Shown: piece after piece, positions 63,001 to 64,000 of the stretch
How positions within the stretch are numbered: position 1 is the first letter of the stretch
How the letters are laid out: every line of letters begins with the position of its first letter
Assembly (NCBI GenBank): GCA_026770705.1
Contig: JANJGN010000021.1
Coordinates: 98,394,001 to 98,458,000 of the forward strand
DNA: 64,000 bases
Reading direction: 5' to 3'
Source of the DNA: Isurus oxyrinchus
Taxonomy: Eukaryota
Notes under the pieces: model-generated
What the model was told of the DNA's origin: nothing
What the model saw: only the letters and a program-made list of their open reading frames with translations
Databases searched by the model: none
Program-made: the position numbers and the translations under genes

Positions 63001-64000
63001 TGGCCAAATCCGTGCTGGTGGTATCCACACAGGGGCTGTAGCTAAATCCATGCTGGTGGTATCCACACAGGGTCCACAGCCAAATCCACACTGGTGGTAT
63101 CCGCGCAGGGGGCATGGCCAAATCCACGCTGGTGGTATCCACACAGGGGCCATAATCAAATCCGTGTTGGTGGTATCCGCACAGGGTCCATAGCCAAATC
63201 CACACTGGTGGTATCCGCGCAGGAGGCATGGCCAAATCCGTGCTGGTGGTATTCGCACAGGGTCCATAGCCAAATCCACACTGGTGGTATCCGCGCAGGG
63301 GGCATGGCCAAATCCGTGCTGGTGGTATCTGCACAGGGGCTGTAGCTAAATCCGCGCCAGTAGTATCCGCGCAGGGGCTATAGCCAAATCCGCGCAGCAG
63401 CCATAGCCAAATCCACACTGGTGGTATCCACGCAGGGGGCATAGCCAAATCCGTGCAGGTGGTATCCACGCAGGGGCCATAGCCAAATCCATGCTGCTGG
63501 GATCCGCGCAGGGGCCATAGCCACCACGCAGGGGGCATAGCCAAATCCGTGCAGGTGGTATCCACGCAGGGGCCATAGCCAAATCCGTGCAGGTGGTATC
63601 CACGCAGGGGGCATAGCCAAATCCGTGCAGGTGGTATCCACGCAGGGGCCATAGCCAAATCCATGAAGGTGGTATCCACGCAGGGGGCATAGCCAAATCC
63701 GCGCTAGTGATATCCACACATGGTCTGTAGCTAAAATCTGTGCTGGTGGTATTCACGCAGGGGCCATAGCCAAATCTGCACTGGTGGTATCCACGCAGGG
63801 GCCGTAGCTAAATCCATGCTGGTGGTATCCGCACAGAAGCCATAGTTAAATCCGTGCTGGTGGTATTCACGCAGGGGCCATAGCCAAATCTGCACTGGTG
63901 GTATCCACGCAGGGGCCGTAGCTAAATCCACGCTGGTGGTATCCACACAGGGGCCATAGCTAAATCCGTGCTGGTGGTAACCGCACAGGGGCCGTAGCTA
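60066..64000. repeat. 38-bp minisatellite with 1851-bp higher-order duplication (runs off window end)
   Basis: Consensus GGGGCCATAGCCAAATCCGTGCTGGTGGTATCCACGCA; ~60900-62149 recurs at ~62751-64000 (identical ORF translations offset by 1851). Confidence 0.97.

Noticed and set aside
60062-63946. Many long - strand ORFs (DTTSTDLAMAPAWIPPARIWLWPLRGYHQHGFGYGPCV repeats) suggesting a repetitive protein
   Set aside because: The 38-bp unit has no stop on the - strand, so all three frames give the same 38-aa cycle; indels switch frames freely, with no sign of frame selection.
60066-64000. CRISPR-like array (repeat length ~38 bp)
   Set aside because: Units are contiguous with no unique spacers, there are no cas genes and the context is vertebrate.

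Overview
Vertebrate genomic DNA, very likely a cartilaginous fish (shark), judged from the repeat families and gene types. It is repeat-rich and gene-poor. Main contents: (1) three disabled two-exon class A GPCR genes of the GPR139/GPR142-like type on the + strand (19157-21990; an exon-2 duplicate at 23689-24766; 38950-48409). (2) A convergently oriented, apparently intact MHC class I-like heavy-chain gene on the - strand. Its alpha2 (58143-57868), alpha3 (57567-57301) and TM (55327-55223) exons are visible and it has non-classical groove residues; no alpha1 or leader exon was found in the window. (3) A decayed endogenous retrovirus on the - strand (~27860-30900) with an LTR, polypurine tract, integrase remnants and an F-type (lokiretrovirus-like) envelope. 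A related LTR with a tRNA-Ser primer site lies on the + strand at 58991-59886 and runs almost directly into (4) a 38-bp minisatellite (60066 to window end) with an 1851-bp higher-order duplication. (5) A head-to-head inverted Penelope-like insertion with one target-site duplication inside a CR1 LINE, and miniature palindromic versions of the same structure. (6) Many CR1/L2 LINE and SINE fossils and simple repeats. Family assignments come from motif recognition only; no database search was run.
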